The translations under genes and the position numbers were made by a program. From Candidatus Peregrinibacteria bacterium CG_4_10_14_0_2_um_filter_43_11 (GTDB lineage Bacteria; Patescibacteriota; Gracilibacteria; UM-FILTER-43-11), in the NCBI GenBank assembly GCA_002792495.1, contig PFOK01000062.1:1-40972 (forward strand): a stretch of DNA of 40,972 nt. Reading direction: 5' to 3'. A model generated the notes under the pieces. The model ran no database searches. It was not told where the DNA came from and worked only from the letters and a program-made list of their open reading frames with translations. This document shows positions 33,015 to 40,972 of the stretch, piece after piece (position 1 is the stretch's first letter; the number at the start of each line of letters is the position of its first letter).

Positions 33015-33046
33015 TTGTAGGCGCGACGTTAACGTCACGCCTACAA
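33015..33046. repeat. GC-rich 32-bp near-perfect palindrome in the spacer
   Basis: ttgtaggcgcgacgtt | aacgtcacgcctacaa has 16-bp arms with a single mismatch (24/37), centred at 33030/33031. Confidence 0.8.
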
Positions 33047-33086
33047 AAGTGTGTAGATACGCCTTCTCCTAACACTCTTCGATTTA

Positions 33087-33095
33087 TGCTATATT
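33087..33095 (+). promoter_or_regulatory. Extended -10 element TGCTATATT; helicase mRNA probably leaderless
   Basis: tgc tatatt ends 6 nt before the ATG at 33102. No convincing -35 element and no Shine-Dalgarno sequence are present. Confidence 0.35.
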
Positions 33096-33101
33096 TGTTG
33101 C

Positions 33102-35996
33102 ATGAGTGATTTAAACGAAAAACAACGCGAGGTGATAACCCATAAGAATGGTTCTGTTCTGGTGATCGCCGGCGCGGGAACGGGGAAAACGCGCGTGATC
33201 ACCGAACGCATCGCACACATTGCGAATGAAAAATGGTGTGGCCACGATCAGATTTTGGCTCTCACATTTACCGAAAAGGCGACGGCGGAAATTGAAGAAC
33301 GGGTGGATAGGCTCATGCCATTGGGTTATCAGTTGATTCCCATCCATACTTTTCACGGATTTTGTGATAAGCTACTGCGAGAATTTGGAATGGATATCGG
33401 TCTTTCTCCCAATTTCCGTATTTTGCAGGGAGTGGCACATTGGTTGTTTTTAAAAGAGCATCTTTTTGAATTTGAATTGGATTACTATCGCCAGATGGGC
33501 AACCCCACCAGTTTTATCAGCGCTTTGATTTCGGTTTTTGCACGTTTCAAAGAAGAACTCAATTCCCCAAAATTCGTTCTGGATGCCGCCAAAAAAAAGG
33601 CTAACGAAGCTGTGGAAGAAGCGGATATCGTTGAGGCAAAGCGCTTAACGGAATTGGCAAAAGCGTATGAATTTTACCAGCAATTGCTCACAGAAAACGG
33701 GGTTTTGGATTTTGCGGACTTACATTATAAGGTGATCGATTTACTCAAAAAACGCCCCAATATTCTTACCCACCTTCAAAAACGTTATCAATACATTCTG
33801 GTTGACGAGTATCAGGACACCAATATCGCGCAGAACGCGATTGTTGACGCGCTCGCCGCCGTTCACCATAATTTGATGGTAGTGGGAGATGATGATCAGT
33901 CTATTTACAAATTCCGCGGAGCGGCTATTTCCAACATTCTGCAGTTTCAGGAGCATTATCCGGACGCGAAAAAGATTGTGCTGACTGAAAATTACCGCAG
34001 CAATCAAAATATTCTTGATGTTGCGTACCATTCCATTCAGCACAACAATCCCGATCGTTTGGAAGTGAGAGCCAACATTGATAAAAAAATTCACGGCCAG
34101 CGCTCCGGTGATGAAAATTCCGTGAGCCTGGTTCACTCCACAACGGTGGAGCAAGAGGTGGATTATGTCATCGAAGCCATTGCCGCACGCACGGAGCATG
34201 GAATTCCACTTTCCGAAATTGCGATTCTGTCGCGAACCAACGCGCAATTACAACCGTTCATAGAAGCGTTTAAAAAACACAATATTTCTTACAACTTTGT
34301 TTCTGAGCGAGGGCTTTACCAAAAAAAAGAAGTGCAGGATTTAATGGCGGTTCTGCGTGTGCTTTCTAATCCCACCGATGACCTCAGTTTTTACGCGGTT
34401 TTGCGCATGCCGGTGTGGGGAATCACCATGGAAACCATTGTGACTCTAATTCAGGAAGCCAAAAAAAACTACAAATCGGTTTGGAAACAAACCAAGCAGG
34501 AAGCGGAACAGCAAAAGGATTGTCAATTTTTAGTAAAGACACTTCAGGACTGCCTGGATTATTCCAGGGATCACACGGTTGGTGAAGTGCTTTATCGTTT
34601 TACGGATACGGTAAAACTTTATGATCTTTTGCTGCAAAAAAACACCATCGAAGCGGAAGAACAGATTGTGAACATCGCTACTTTTTTCAATAAGGTTCGC
34701 GCATTCGAAAAAAGTGCCAATTACTCCACCGTTATTGATTTTGTGGCATACCTGGATTTGGCGGAGGAAGCAGGAGAAAATCCGGCGGCGAAATTTGAAA
34801 TCGAAGATCGGGAGGGTGTTTTTATTTCTACTATTCATGGCGCCAAGGGGCTGGAGTTTGACACGGTTTTTTTGGGAAGCTGTACCAACGATCGCTTTCC
34901 CGGCGCAAACCGGAAAGACCCGATTTCGATTCCCGATGAATTGGTTCACGAAGTGCTCAGCGATTCCGACACGCATATTCAGGAGGAGCGTCGTTTATTT
35001 TATGTGGCTGTGACCCGCGCAAAAGAAAACCTTCATCTGATGCATAGCGATTATTATAGCCCCAGTAGCGCCGCGACTCCGCGTAAACGCAAACGTTCCC
35101 GTTTTATCGATGAAGTGATCGATAACATTAATTTGACGCAAATCGAAAAAACGGTAGAAGGGGTGGAACAATTTTTAAAACCGTCCAAGCCCGACGGGGT
35201 GATCCACAAGTCGCACCTACGGGAAGCATCCAATACCCCAAAAATAACTCAATTCAGTTATTCCCAACTAACGGAATTCGAGACGTGCCCGCGCAAATAC
35301 CAATACAATTACGTGTATAAAATTCCGCAACCGATAAACGGTAATTTCAGTTTCGGCACCACCATGCACACCACACTTCAGGAATTTTATAAAAATGTGG
35401 AACAGGTAAAGCAGATTTCTCTTTTTACCGAATTTGAACCCGACATGTCACTCGATAAACTCTTCGCTATCTACGAGGAAAAATGGATTGATAAAGGGTA
35501 CGAAAACAAAACGCATATGGAACTTCGAAAGGCTCGTGGTCGCGAAATTCTGGAACAATTTTACGATCATTTTAAAGAGGGAATTCCGCACATTCGGTTT
35601 TTAGAAAAAGGTTTCAAACTCAAAGTGGGGGAGTATACCCTTTCCGGTCGTATCGACCGTGCGGATGACTTGCCGGATGGCACGCTTGAAATCATCGATT
35701 ATAAAACGGGTCGCAGTAAAACCCAAAAGCAGGTTGAAGGTGACCTTCAACTTTTTTTGTATGCGCTTGCCTCTCAGGAGTGTTTTGGCTTAAAAGCGTC
35801 CCGTCTCACGCTCTATTTCCTCGACGACGATTTACAGGTTTCGGTGGAGCCAACGGAAGAAAAAATGGAAAAATTAAAGGCCGAGATCATCAAAACCGCG
35901 GATCAAATCAACACTTCCGATTTTTCTCCCACCCCGAGTAAATTCATTTGCCAGCATTGTCCGTACAATAAAATCTGCAACGCGGCTGAACTTTAG
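33102..35996 (+). CDS. UvrD/PcrA-type superfamily 1 helicase fused to a C-terminal 4-Cys PD-(D/E)XK (Cas4/AddB-like) nuclease domain
   Basis: Helicase motif I is VIAGAGTGKTRVIT and motif II is VDEYQDTN, and later helicase motifs (for example TIHGAKGLEFD) are present. The C-terminus has CPRKYQYNY, the nuclease motif GRIDRAD...LEIIDYKTG, and CQHCPYNKIC (C-x2-C-x5-C). Confidence 0.9.
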   Translation: MSDLNEKQREVITHKNGSVLVIAGAGTGKTRVITERIAHIANEKWCGHDQILALTFTEKATAEIEERVDRLMPLGYQLIPIHTFHGFCDKLLREFGMDIGLSPNFRILQGVAHWLFLKEHLFEFELDYYRQMGNPTSFISALISVFARFKEELNSPKFVLDAAKKKANEAVEEADIVEAKRLTELAKAYEFYQQLLTENGVLDFADLHYKVIDLLKKRPNILTHLQKRYQYILVDEYQDTNIAQNAIVDALAAVHHNLMVVGDDDQSIYKFRGAAISNILQFQEHYPDAKKIVLTENYRSNQNILDVAYHSIQHNNPDRLEVRANIDKKIHGQRSGDENSVSLVHSTTVEQEVDYVIEAIAARTEHGIPLSEIAILSRTNAQLQPFIEAFKKHNISYNFVSERGLYQKKEVQDLMAVLRVLSNPTDDLSFYAVLRMPVWGITMETIVTLIQEAKKNYKSVWKQTKQEAEQQKDCQFLVKTLQDCLDYSRDHTVGEVLYRFTDTVKLYDLLLQKNTIEAEEQIVNIATFFNKVRAFEKSANYSTVIDFVAYLDLAEEAGENPAAKFEIEDREGVFISTIHGAKGLEFDTVFLGSCTNDRFPGANRKDPISIPDELVHEVLSDSDTHIQEERRLFYVAVTRAKENLHLMHSDYYSPSSAATPRKRKRSRFIDEVIDNINLTQIEKTVEGVEQFLKPSKPDGVIHKSHLREASNTPKITQFSYSQLTEFETCPRKYQYNYVYKIPQPINGNFSFGTTMHTTLQEFYKNVEQVKQISLFTEFEPDMSLDKLFAIYEEKWIDKGYENKTHMELRKARGREILEQFYDHFKEGIPHIRFLEKGFKLKVGEYTLSGRIDRADDLPDGTLEIIDYKTGRSKTQKQVEGDLQLFLYALASQECFGLKASRLTLYFLDDDLQVSVEPTEEKMEKLKAEIIKTADQINTSDFSPTPSKFICQHCPYNKICNAAEL

Positions 35997-36060
35997 CATT
36001 CATTTTCCTTAAGATAAATAGTAGAGTGCAAGACCTTTTTAGTTTTAATTCATTTTATTT

Positions 36061-36417
36061 ATGCCTGAACAATTGGAATGGAAAATACCTGATAATGATT
36101 TTTTAACTCACAGACATGCAGAGGCGACATTGAGTAAAGTAACTTTGGTAACCAATTGTGTGGATTCCACCTTTCCTCAATTTCACTATGAGAGATATCG
36201 GGCAACCGTATTTGTAAAAATCGACAAGCAAGAAGAAGAGGATATTTTTTTTGAATTTTGTGAATTAGGGAGCAGTGATGTAAAAATGACACGAGAAACA
36301 TTAACCACCCTTTTAACAGGGCGGGGTTGGCCTGAGTTTCCCTTTGAACACGCTATTGATCTCGTTCGTGGAAAGTACAATGAACTTTTGGCCATAGATG
36401 TAGAAAAAGAAAGGTAG
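36061..36417 (+). CDS. Hypothetical protein (118 aa), orphan
   Basis: The ORF starts at an ATG and has balanced, globular-looking composition. It competes with a minus-strand ORF (36186..36497) whose overlapping part is Ser/Arg-rich and looks like an antisense shadow. Confidence 0.5.
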   Translation: MPEQLEWKIPDNDFLTHRHAEATLSKVTLVTNCVDSTFPQFHYERYRATVFVKIDKQEEEDIFFEFCELGSSDVKMTRETLTTLLTGRGWPEFPFEHAIDLVRGKYNELLAIDVEKER

Positions 36418-36691
36418 AGAACTCTATTTTTTAGTGACATGAAGTTGATGATGGCGAGTAATCCTGTAATCAAAAAGGCGATAACACTTACCCACACGGG
36501 AATCGCGACGGAGGCAATTGTTAGAGGTAAGGCGTAAATCGCGCGTAGAAGATGGCAGATGGAAACAACGGTGAATAAACAAACTGAAAAGATCTATGAT
36601 GATTTTTTTTATAAAAAGAGGTTAAAAAAATAATGTTTTTTGGTTATACTCTCTTTGCGTTAATTTCTCAAATCCGCCCCGGAAAGTTAAT

Positions 36692-37078
36692 ATGAATTTA
36701 TTGGATAAAATGAAAATGAAAGCTCCTTTACTTGCAGTGCTAACCCCATTTCTTTTGAGTTGTTTTCCCGGAGCCCACAGAGATGATTATTCTTTCATAA
36801 AATGTGAGCAGTTGCTCACTAACGTTCGGGAGGGGTTAGGAGAGGCTTTAAGGCTTACTGAAGCCGGAGAATGTCAAAAAGGTGTACGAATACGTACGGA
36901 GGCTTTATTGCATTACGCCAACAATATGCCTGTCGTTTGCTTGGGGGAAAGGGGTCTACCTGGAGCGGCACAAATACATGTTCATGCTCCGGAGGCACAG
37001 TTTGTTGAGGCATGGAAGGCGCGTTGTTTATCTGTTTCGAACGAGCCGATGACGGCAGGAAAAGTATTTGACAGGTGA
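36692..37078 (+). CDS. Putative small lipoprotein (128 aa), orphan
   Basis: The N-terminus MNLLDKMKMKAPLLAVLTPFLLSC has a positive n-region, a hydrophobic core and an LLSC lipobox-like site. Four further Cys residues occur in the mature part. lgt is present in the same window. Confidence 0.55.
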   Translation: MNLLDKMKMKAPLLAVLTPFLLSCFPGAHRDDYSFIKCEQLLTNVREGLGEALRLTEAGECQKGVRIRTEALLHYANNMPVVCLGERGLPGAAQIHVHAPEAQFVEAWKARCLSVSNEPMTAGKVFDR

Positions 37079-37172
37079 ACGAATGTTTACTATTATTGTC
37101 ATAATTAGCAATAAATGCTTATCGATTAACGTATAAAATCTGTTATCATATAGTCTGGTTTAATTAAAATCT

Positions 37173-38315
37173 ATGAACATTATCAACATCTTCATCATTG
37201 TTGGTATCGGTGTAGTCGGGTTTTTGGTATACCAGCTCACACAGGAATCCAAACGCTCCCGTGAGGAGAAGGGGAATGACAAAACCGTTTTAATGTTGCA
37301 GGAGCAACTCAGTCAATTGCGTGAAACATTTGATAAGGGGTTAAAGAGCCAGGATAAAACCATGCAGGATCAAATGCATCGGTCACAAGAAGCACTCCAA
37401 AATCAATTCGCTTCTACTAATAAAATCGTTCAGGAAGTCACTGTGGAGCTCACGAAAATCAAGGATACAAATAAACAGGTGGTCGGGTTTGCCGAGCAGT
37501 TAAAAACACTCGAAAACACCTTAAAAAATCCAAAACAGCGCGGTATTTTGGGGGAATTTTTTCTCGAAAACCTTCTTTCCAATGTGCTCCCACCAACCAG
37601 TTTTCAAATGCAGTACGCTTTTAAGGGGGGTGTTATTGTCGATGCGATCATTCGCGTGAACGATAAAATCATTCCCATTGATGCCAAGTTTTCTCTCGAG
37701 AACTACAACAAAATCATGGAAGAGAAAGACGACACAAGTCGGGAGCGATTGCAGAAAGAATTTAAGTCCGATCTTAAAAAGCGTATCGACGAAACCGGTA
37801 AATACGTAAAACCCGAAGAAAATACAACTGAATTTGCCTTCATGTTCATTCCGGCGGATGGTGTGTTTTACAACTTACTCTCTCATAAAGTCGGCGCATT
37901 AGAAGTGAATACCTCGGATCTGATCGATTACGCGTTCAAAAAAAACGTGATCATTGTTTCGCCTATGACCTTTTACGCGTACCTGCAAACGGTGATGCAC
38001 GCACTTCGAGCCCTGAAGATTGAAGAATCTGCCAAAGAAATTCAAAAATGCGTAGGGGATTTAGGGCGTCATATGAACGCGTATCAGGATTACATGATCA
38101 AATTAGGAGGTCATCTTGGAACCACCGTGAACAGTTACAATCATGCGGGAAAAGAATTCATGAAAATAGATAAAGATGTGTTTCGCATCACAAAAGGGCA
38201 GTCCGGAGGAGGAGCCGATATTCCTGCCATTGATTCCCCCAAAAAAATGGAAGACATTCACGTCGAAATAAGGGGGATCTCAAGCAAACCGATCGCGGCA
38301 GAATTGGCAGAGTGA
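37173..38315 (+). CDS. rmuC: DNA recombination protein RmuC family
   Basis: An N-terminal TM helix and a coiled coil are followed by NPKQRGILGEFFLENLLSNVLP, which matches the RmuC signature KxRGxWGExxLE as I remember it. A nuclease-like C-terminal domain (IPIDAKF...FIPADGVFY) follows. Confidence 0.8.
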   Translation: MNIINIFIIVGIGVVGFLVYQLTQESKRSREEKGNDKTVLMLQEQLSQLRETFDKGLKSQDKTMQDQMHRSQEALQNQFASTNKIVQEVTVELTKIKDTNKQVVGFAEQLKTLENTLKNPKQRGILGEFFLENLLSNVLPPTSFQMQYAFKGGVIVDAIIRVNDKIIPIDAKFSLENYNKIMEEKDDTSRERLQKEFKSDLKKRIDETGKYVKPEENTTEFAFMFIPADGVFYNLLSHKVGALEVNTSDLIDYAFKKNVIIVSPMTFYAYLQTVMHALRALKIEESAKEIQKCVGDLGRHMNAYQDYMIKLGGHLGTTVNSYNHAGKEFMKIDKDVFRITKGQSGGGADIPAIDSPKKMEDIHVEIRGISSKPIAAELAE

Positions 38316-38404
38316 AGGAAAAAGAGTGAATTTCGCCTTCAGAGGGTGGAAAAGTATTTCGACATCATGGAAGATAGTGAATGGTTAGATGAGTGTTAAA
38401 ACCA

Positions 38405-38433
38405 TTGCTTTTTTGGCTTAAATTTGCTATAAT
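38405..38433 (+). promoter_or_regulatory. Strong promoter TTGCTT-17-TATAAT with extended TG, driving the pilin array
   Basis: The sequence reads ttgctt ttttggcttaaatttgc tataat. It lies inside the GTG-initiated version of the first pilin ORF, which argues that the real start is the ATG at 38453. Confidence 0.6.
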
Positions 38434-38452
38434 AATAGGATTAAATATTCAA

Positions 38453-38887
38453 ATGCAAGCAATGATTAAAAAATTATTCATCACCACTCTTCTGATTTTT
38501 AGCTTATGTAACGTAGCTTTGCCCATGTTTTCGGCCGTACCCATTGCTGTGGCACAGGAATCCGCGGACAGTTTGGATAGCCCTGATTTCATGTTCAACT
38601 TAAGGGCGATCACGCATGAAGACATCAAAGAAGAAAAATTCATCAAAGGAGGAATCAATTTTATTTTCGAACGTGTGATTACGGTCATGGCAATCACGGT
38701 CAGCTCCGCGGCAGTATTGATGATCACGGTGGGGGGTTTTATGATTTTGGCTTCCGGAGGACGTCAACAATGGGTAGATAATGGAAAAACATTCATTTTC
38801 AAGTCCATTATTGGCCTGGCGGTAACGCTTGGGGCTTATATTTTTGTCACGACAGTTCAGGTGCTCATTAACAATATTTATGGTTAA
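38453..38887 (+). CDS. TrbC/VirB2-like (type IV secretion-type) pilin, paralog 1
   Basis: The signal peptide is MQAMIKKLFITTLLIFSLCNVALPMFSAVPIAVA|Q. The C-terminal hairpin consists of a hydrophobic helix (AAVLMITVGGFMILASGG), a charged loop (RQQWVDNGK), and a second helix (SIIGLAVTLGAYIFV). Confidence 0.75.
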   Translation: MQAMIKKLFITTLLIFSLCNVALPMFSAVPIAVAQESADSLDSPDFMFNLRAITHEDIKEEKFIKGGINFIFERVITVMAITVSSAAVLMITVGGFMILASGGRQQWVDNGKTFIFKSIIGLAVTLGAYIFVTTVQVLINNIYG

Positions 38888-39527
38888 ATACGTTCGTTTC
38901 GTCATCATCGGGTTAACGATGAGTTTCTGCCTGGCAGTGATCGCTCCGATGGTGAGCTATTTTGAAACATCAGCTTACGCGCAGGATACATCATCGGGAG
39001 AAGAAGCCACCGTAAAACCGGAAAAACCGGATCTTGCCTCCAAGCCTTCGGAGTGCAAGAGTCAAAAGGTCGGTGACGACATGATGGTGCCGGAAAACTG
39101 TTTGTTTTTGGAAGAACCGATTGGCGGAAAACCGAATTACGATTTATTCGTTGTGGAATGTCATCTAAATGAGGGGAACAAAACCATATGCACGTATTCC
39201 CTCTGGGGAGGCGAAGCGATTGATTCTACCAAACACGGCCCCGTACAGGCGATTGTAACGCGGCTTAAAGGAAACAGCGAAAAAAACGGAATGATATTAC
39301 TCTATAGTTATCTTGAGCTGATTTATCGGTATTTTTCAGGCATCATCGTAGGTCTTGTGGTTTTATTCATCATCATCGGCGGGATTCAAATGACCACTTC
39401 CTCGGGAGATACTTCCAAATTTGACGAGGGCAAAAAACGGATCATCCGTGCGATTACCGGAATGATTTTCTGGTTCCTTGCCTCTCTAATTTTATACACA
39501 ATTAACCCAACTTTCTTTGCGTTTTAA
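38880..39527 (+). CDS. TrbC/VirB2-like pilin, paralog 2 (larger Cys-containing N-terminal domain)
   Basis: The start ATG at 38880 overlaps the previous stop (ATGGTTAA). The signal peptide is MVKYVRFVIIGLTMSFCLAVIAPMVSYFETSAYA|Q. The C-terminus is VGLVVLFIIIGGIQMTTSSGDTSKFDEGKKRIIRAITGMIFWFLASLILY. Confidence 0.75.
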   Translation: MVKYVRFVIIGLTMSFCLAVIAPMVSYFETSAYAQDTSSGEEATVKPEKPDLASKPSECKSQKVGDDMMVPENCLFLEEPIGGKPNYDLFVVECHLNEGNKTICTYSLWGGEAIDSTKHGPVQAIVTRLKGNSEKNGMILLYSYLELIYRYFSGIIVGLVVLFIIIGGIQMTTSSGDTSKFDEGKKRIIRAITGMIFWFLASLILYTINPTFFAF

Positions 39528-39921
39528 CACACTTAAAGCCCGGCTGACATTGCTCGTATTCGCGTTTCTTCAAATGGGTGCCAAAGCGCATGCCATTACT
39601 CTGGGAAATCGTGAAGTCGAATTGAGTTCGCCTGTAGGCAGTGATATTTTGCCGGGCGGTGGTATTCATCAGGACGAAATCCGTACGAGTTTTGTTTTTA
39701 GCAACCTTATTCCTTTTGTGATCAAATACGCGATCCGTCTCGCTGTCATTCTTGCGGTAGCCGCTTTGATCGTGGGGGGGTTTTTGTTCATCACTTCTTA
39801 CGGAGACACGGAAAAACGCACCACGGCCCAGAAAACCATCATGTGGGCATTGATCGGTCTCATCATCGTCATGACCGCGTTTGGAATCGTCACCATTATC
39901 ACTAACATCAGCTTCGTTTAA
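39517..39921 (+). CDS. TrbC/VirB2-like pilin, paralog 3
   Basis: The TTG start overlaps the previous gene by 11 nt. The signal peptide is MRFNTLKARLTLLVFAFLQMGAKAHA|I. The C-terminus is AVAALIVGGFLFITSYGDTEKRTTAQKTIMWALIGLIIVMTAFGIV. Confidence 0.7.
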   Translation: MRFNTLKARLTLLVFAFLQMGAKAHAITLGNREVELSSPVGSDILPGGGIHQDEIRTSFVFSNLIPFVIKYAIRLAVILAVAALIVGGFLFITSYGDTEKRTTAQKTIMWALIGLIIVMTAFGIVTIITNISFV

Positions 39922-39922
39922 T

Positions 39923-40570
39923 ATGATAAAAACCGCTTACAACCGCCGGCTCAAATTATTCCTGATTATCTTCAGCGTTCTTACATTGTGCACGAGTGTC
40001 TATGCCGACGCGCGTGATGACTTCAAACAGGTTCTTGAATCCCGTCAAGAGCAAGTCACTTCCGCCTACAATCAACTGGACTTCCGGGTCAAGGGAATGA
40101 ACTCGTATGACCCCAAAAAAAACGGCGCCAAAGATTTGCTCGGAAAAGCAAAAAAAGCGGTTGATGACTTTAAAAAACTGGATGCCGGCAAACAAATTGA
40201 TACATTGGCAAAAGACGTTTACGACGCGAAAAAAGAATTTAAAACAGCGGAAGAAAACGCGCTATCAGCCATCAATGCCGTGAATTTATTTTTACTGAGT
40301 CCGGCGCGTCCCGGCAACGTTCCGGAAGGGGATTTAGTCGAGGATTTTGCTCCTCAGATCATTCGGCTTTTGTTCCGCTTTACTTCCATCGCCATTCTCA
40401 TTTCCATCCTTGTTTCCGCGGTCATGATGATCACGGCAATGGACAACGAGGAACGTCATACCAAAGCCAAGCAAATGCTTATTTTTTCCCTCATCGGTTT
40501 TGCTTTTGTCGTGCTGGCTTTCGCGATTGTCAAAGCGGTGACCGACATCGATTTCTTCGGATTCGTTTAA
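39923..40570 (+). CDS. TrbC/VirB2-like pilin, paralog 4 (helical N-terminal domain)
   Basis: The ATG lies 1 nt after the previous stop. The signal peptide is MIKTAYNRRLKLFLIIFSVLTLCTSVYA|D. The C-terminus is ILISILVSAVMMITAMDNEERHTKAKQMLIFSLIGFAFVVLAFAIV. Confidence 0.7.
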   Translation: MIKTAYNRRLKLFLIIFSVLTLCTSVYADARDDFKQVLESRQEQVTSAYNQLDFRVKGMNSYDPKKNGAKDLLGKAKKAVDDFKKLDAGKQIDTLAKDVYDAKKEFKTAEENALSAINAVNLFLLSPARPGNVPEGDLVEDFAPQIIRLLFRFTSIAILISILVSAVMMITAMDNEERHTKAKQMLIFSLIGFAFVVLAFAIVKAVTDIDFFGFV

Positions 40571-40584
40571 ACCGTTAAAACCCC

Positions 40585-40972
40585 ATGAAAAAACTCTTTT
40601 ATCGCATAGTAGGCACCTTCCTTTTATTCCCCTTGGCCATGAGCAACACTCTGGGGATCACTATCAGTGACTTTCGGGATGAAGTATTCCGTCCGGATAA
40701 TTTACCGGTCGGCAGGGAAGGGGATGGCTCGGTAGAAACAAAACTTATTGACGCGTTCAATTTCGCGATCAATTTAATTCTGTACGCTTCGGGAAGTATC
40801 GCGGTTTTGATGTTCGTGATCGGCGGTGTGCTTTACATCACCTCCCTCGGTAAACAGGAACAGATGGACAACGCCAAAAAAACGCTTAAATTCGCTCTCA
40901 TAGGTTTGCTGGTGGTTATTTTTGCTTACGCCATTGTCACGAATATCATCGACCTCATCTACCGGACAACGG
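40585..40972 (+). CDS. TrbC/VirB2-like pilin, paralog 5 (3' end runs off the window; not in the ORF track)
   Basis: I translated this ORF by hand: MKKLFYRIVGTFLLFPLAMSNTLG...SIAVLMFVIGGVLYITSLGKQEQMDNAKKTLKFALIGLLVVIFAYAIVTNII.... The frame is still open at base 40972. Confidence 0.7.
   Translation, partial: MKKLFYRIVGTFLLFPLAMSNTLGITISDFRDEVFRPDNLPVGREGDGSVETKLIDAFNFAINLILYASGSIAVLMFVIGGVLYITSLGKQEQMDNAKKTLKFALIGLLVVIFAYAIVTNIIDLIYRTT

Noticed and set aside
33741-34976. Minus-strand ORFs of 168, 72 and 148 aa inside the helicase gene
   Set aside because: The sense frame carries SF1 helicase motifs throughout.
36186-36497. 103-aa minus-strand ORF (GTG start) overlapping 36061..36417
   Set aside because: Its overlapping C-terminal two thirds are Ser/Arg-rich, which is typical of an antisense shadow. 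The TM-like part upstream (to about 36590) has no canonical start. I kept the plus-strand ORF, but with only moderate confidence.
1-40972. CRISPR arrays, diversity-generating retroelements, retrons, prophage or integron structures
   Set aside because: I saw no spaced direct-repeat array, reverse transcriptase, integrase, or template/variable repeat pair on either strand. The only long exact repeat is the 38-bp intragenic pair in paralog 3.

Overview
The window reads as chromosomal DNA from a small-genome, CPR/Patescibacteria-like bacterium. That assignment is an inference from gene content: T4SS-type mini-pilins, many large orphan envelope proteins, and leaderless or short-leader genes. The standard genetic code applies, since TGA terminates priA, recF, rmuC and other genes. 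Recognisable housekeeping genes are pnp, rpsO, corA, lgt, priA, ppsA, recF, an S1-domain protein, a UvrD-type helicase fused to a 4-Cys PD-(D/E)XK nuclease, rmuC, an M50 protease, an M23 peptidase with SLH repeats, tRNA-Thr(GGU) and tRNA-Ser(CGA). Coordinates 227-14649 form one long minus-strand block. The parts that housekeeping does not explain are listed here. (1) A translationally coupled three-gene envelope module at 8979-14649: a membrane protein with two PilC/GspF-N-like repeats, a protein with eight Cys-pair repeats, and a 1038-aa secreted protein with GW-type repeats. (2) A 1474-aa orphan protein at 16925-21349 with a single HExxH motif, preceded by a 574-bp structured non-coding gap. 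(3) At least five tandem, divergent TrbC/VirB2-like pilin genes at 38453 to beyond 40972, cut by the window end. (4) Three paralogs of a roughly 550-aa cysteine-rich multi-zinc-ribbon protein; one lacks its N-terminus and carries a perfect 38-bp intragenic direct repeat. (5) Nested perfect palindromes that abut a start codon. (6) An IS30-type transposase remnant beside tRNA-Ser. No CRISPR array, reverse transcriptase, rRNA or intact mobile element was seen. All functional calls rest on motif recognition by eye; no database search was run.
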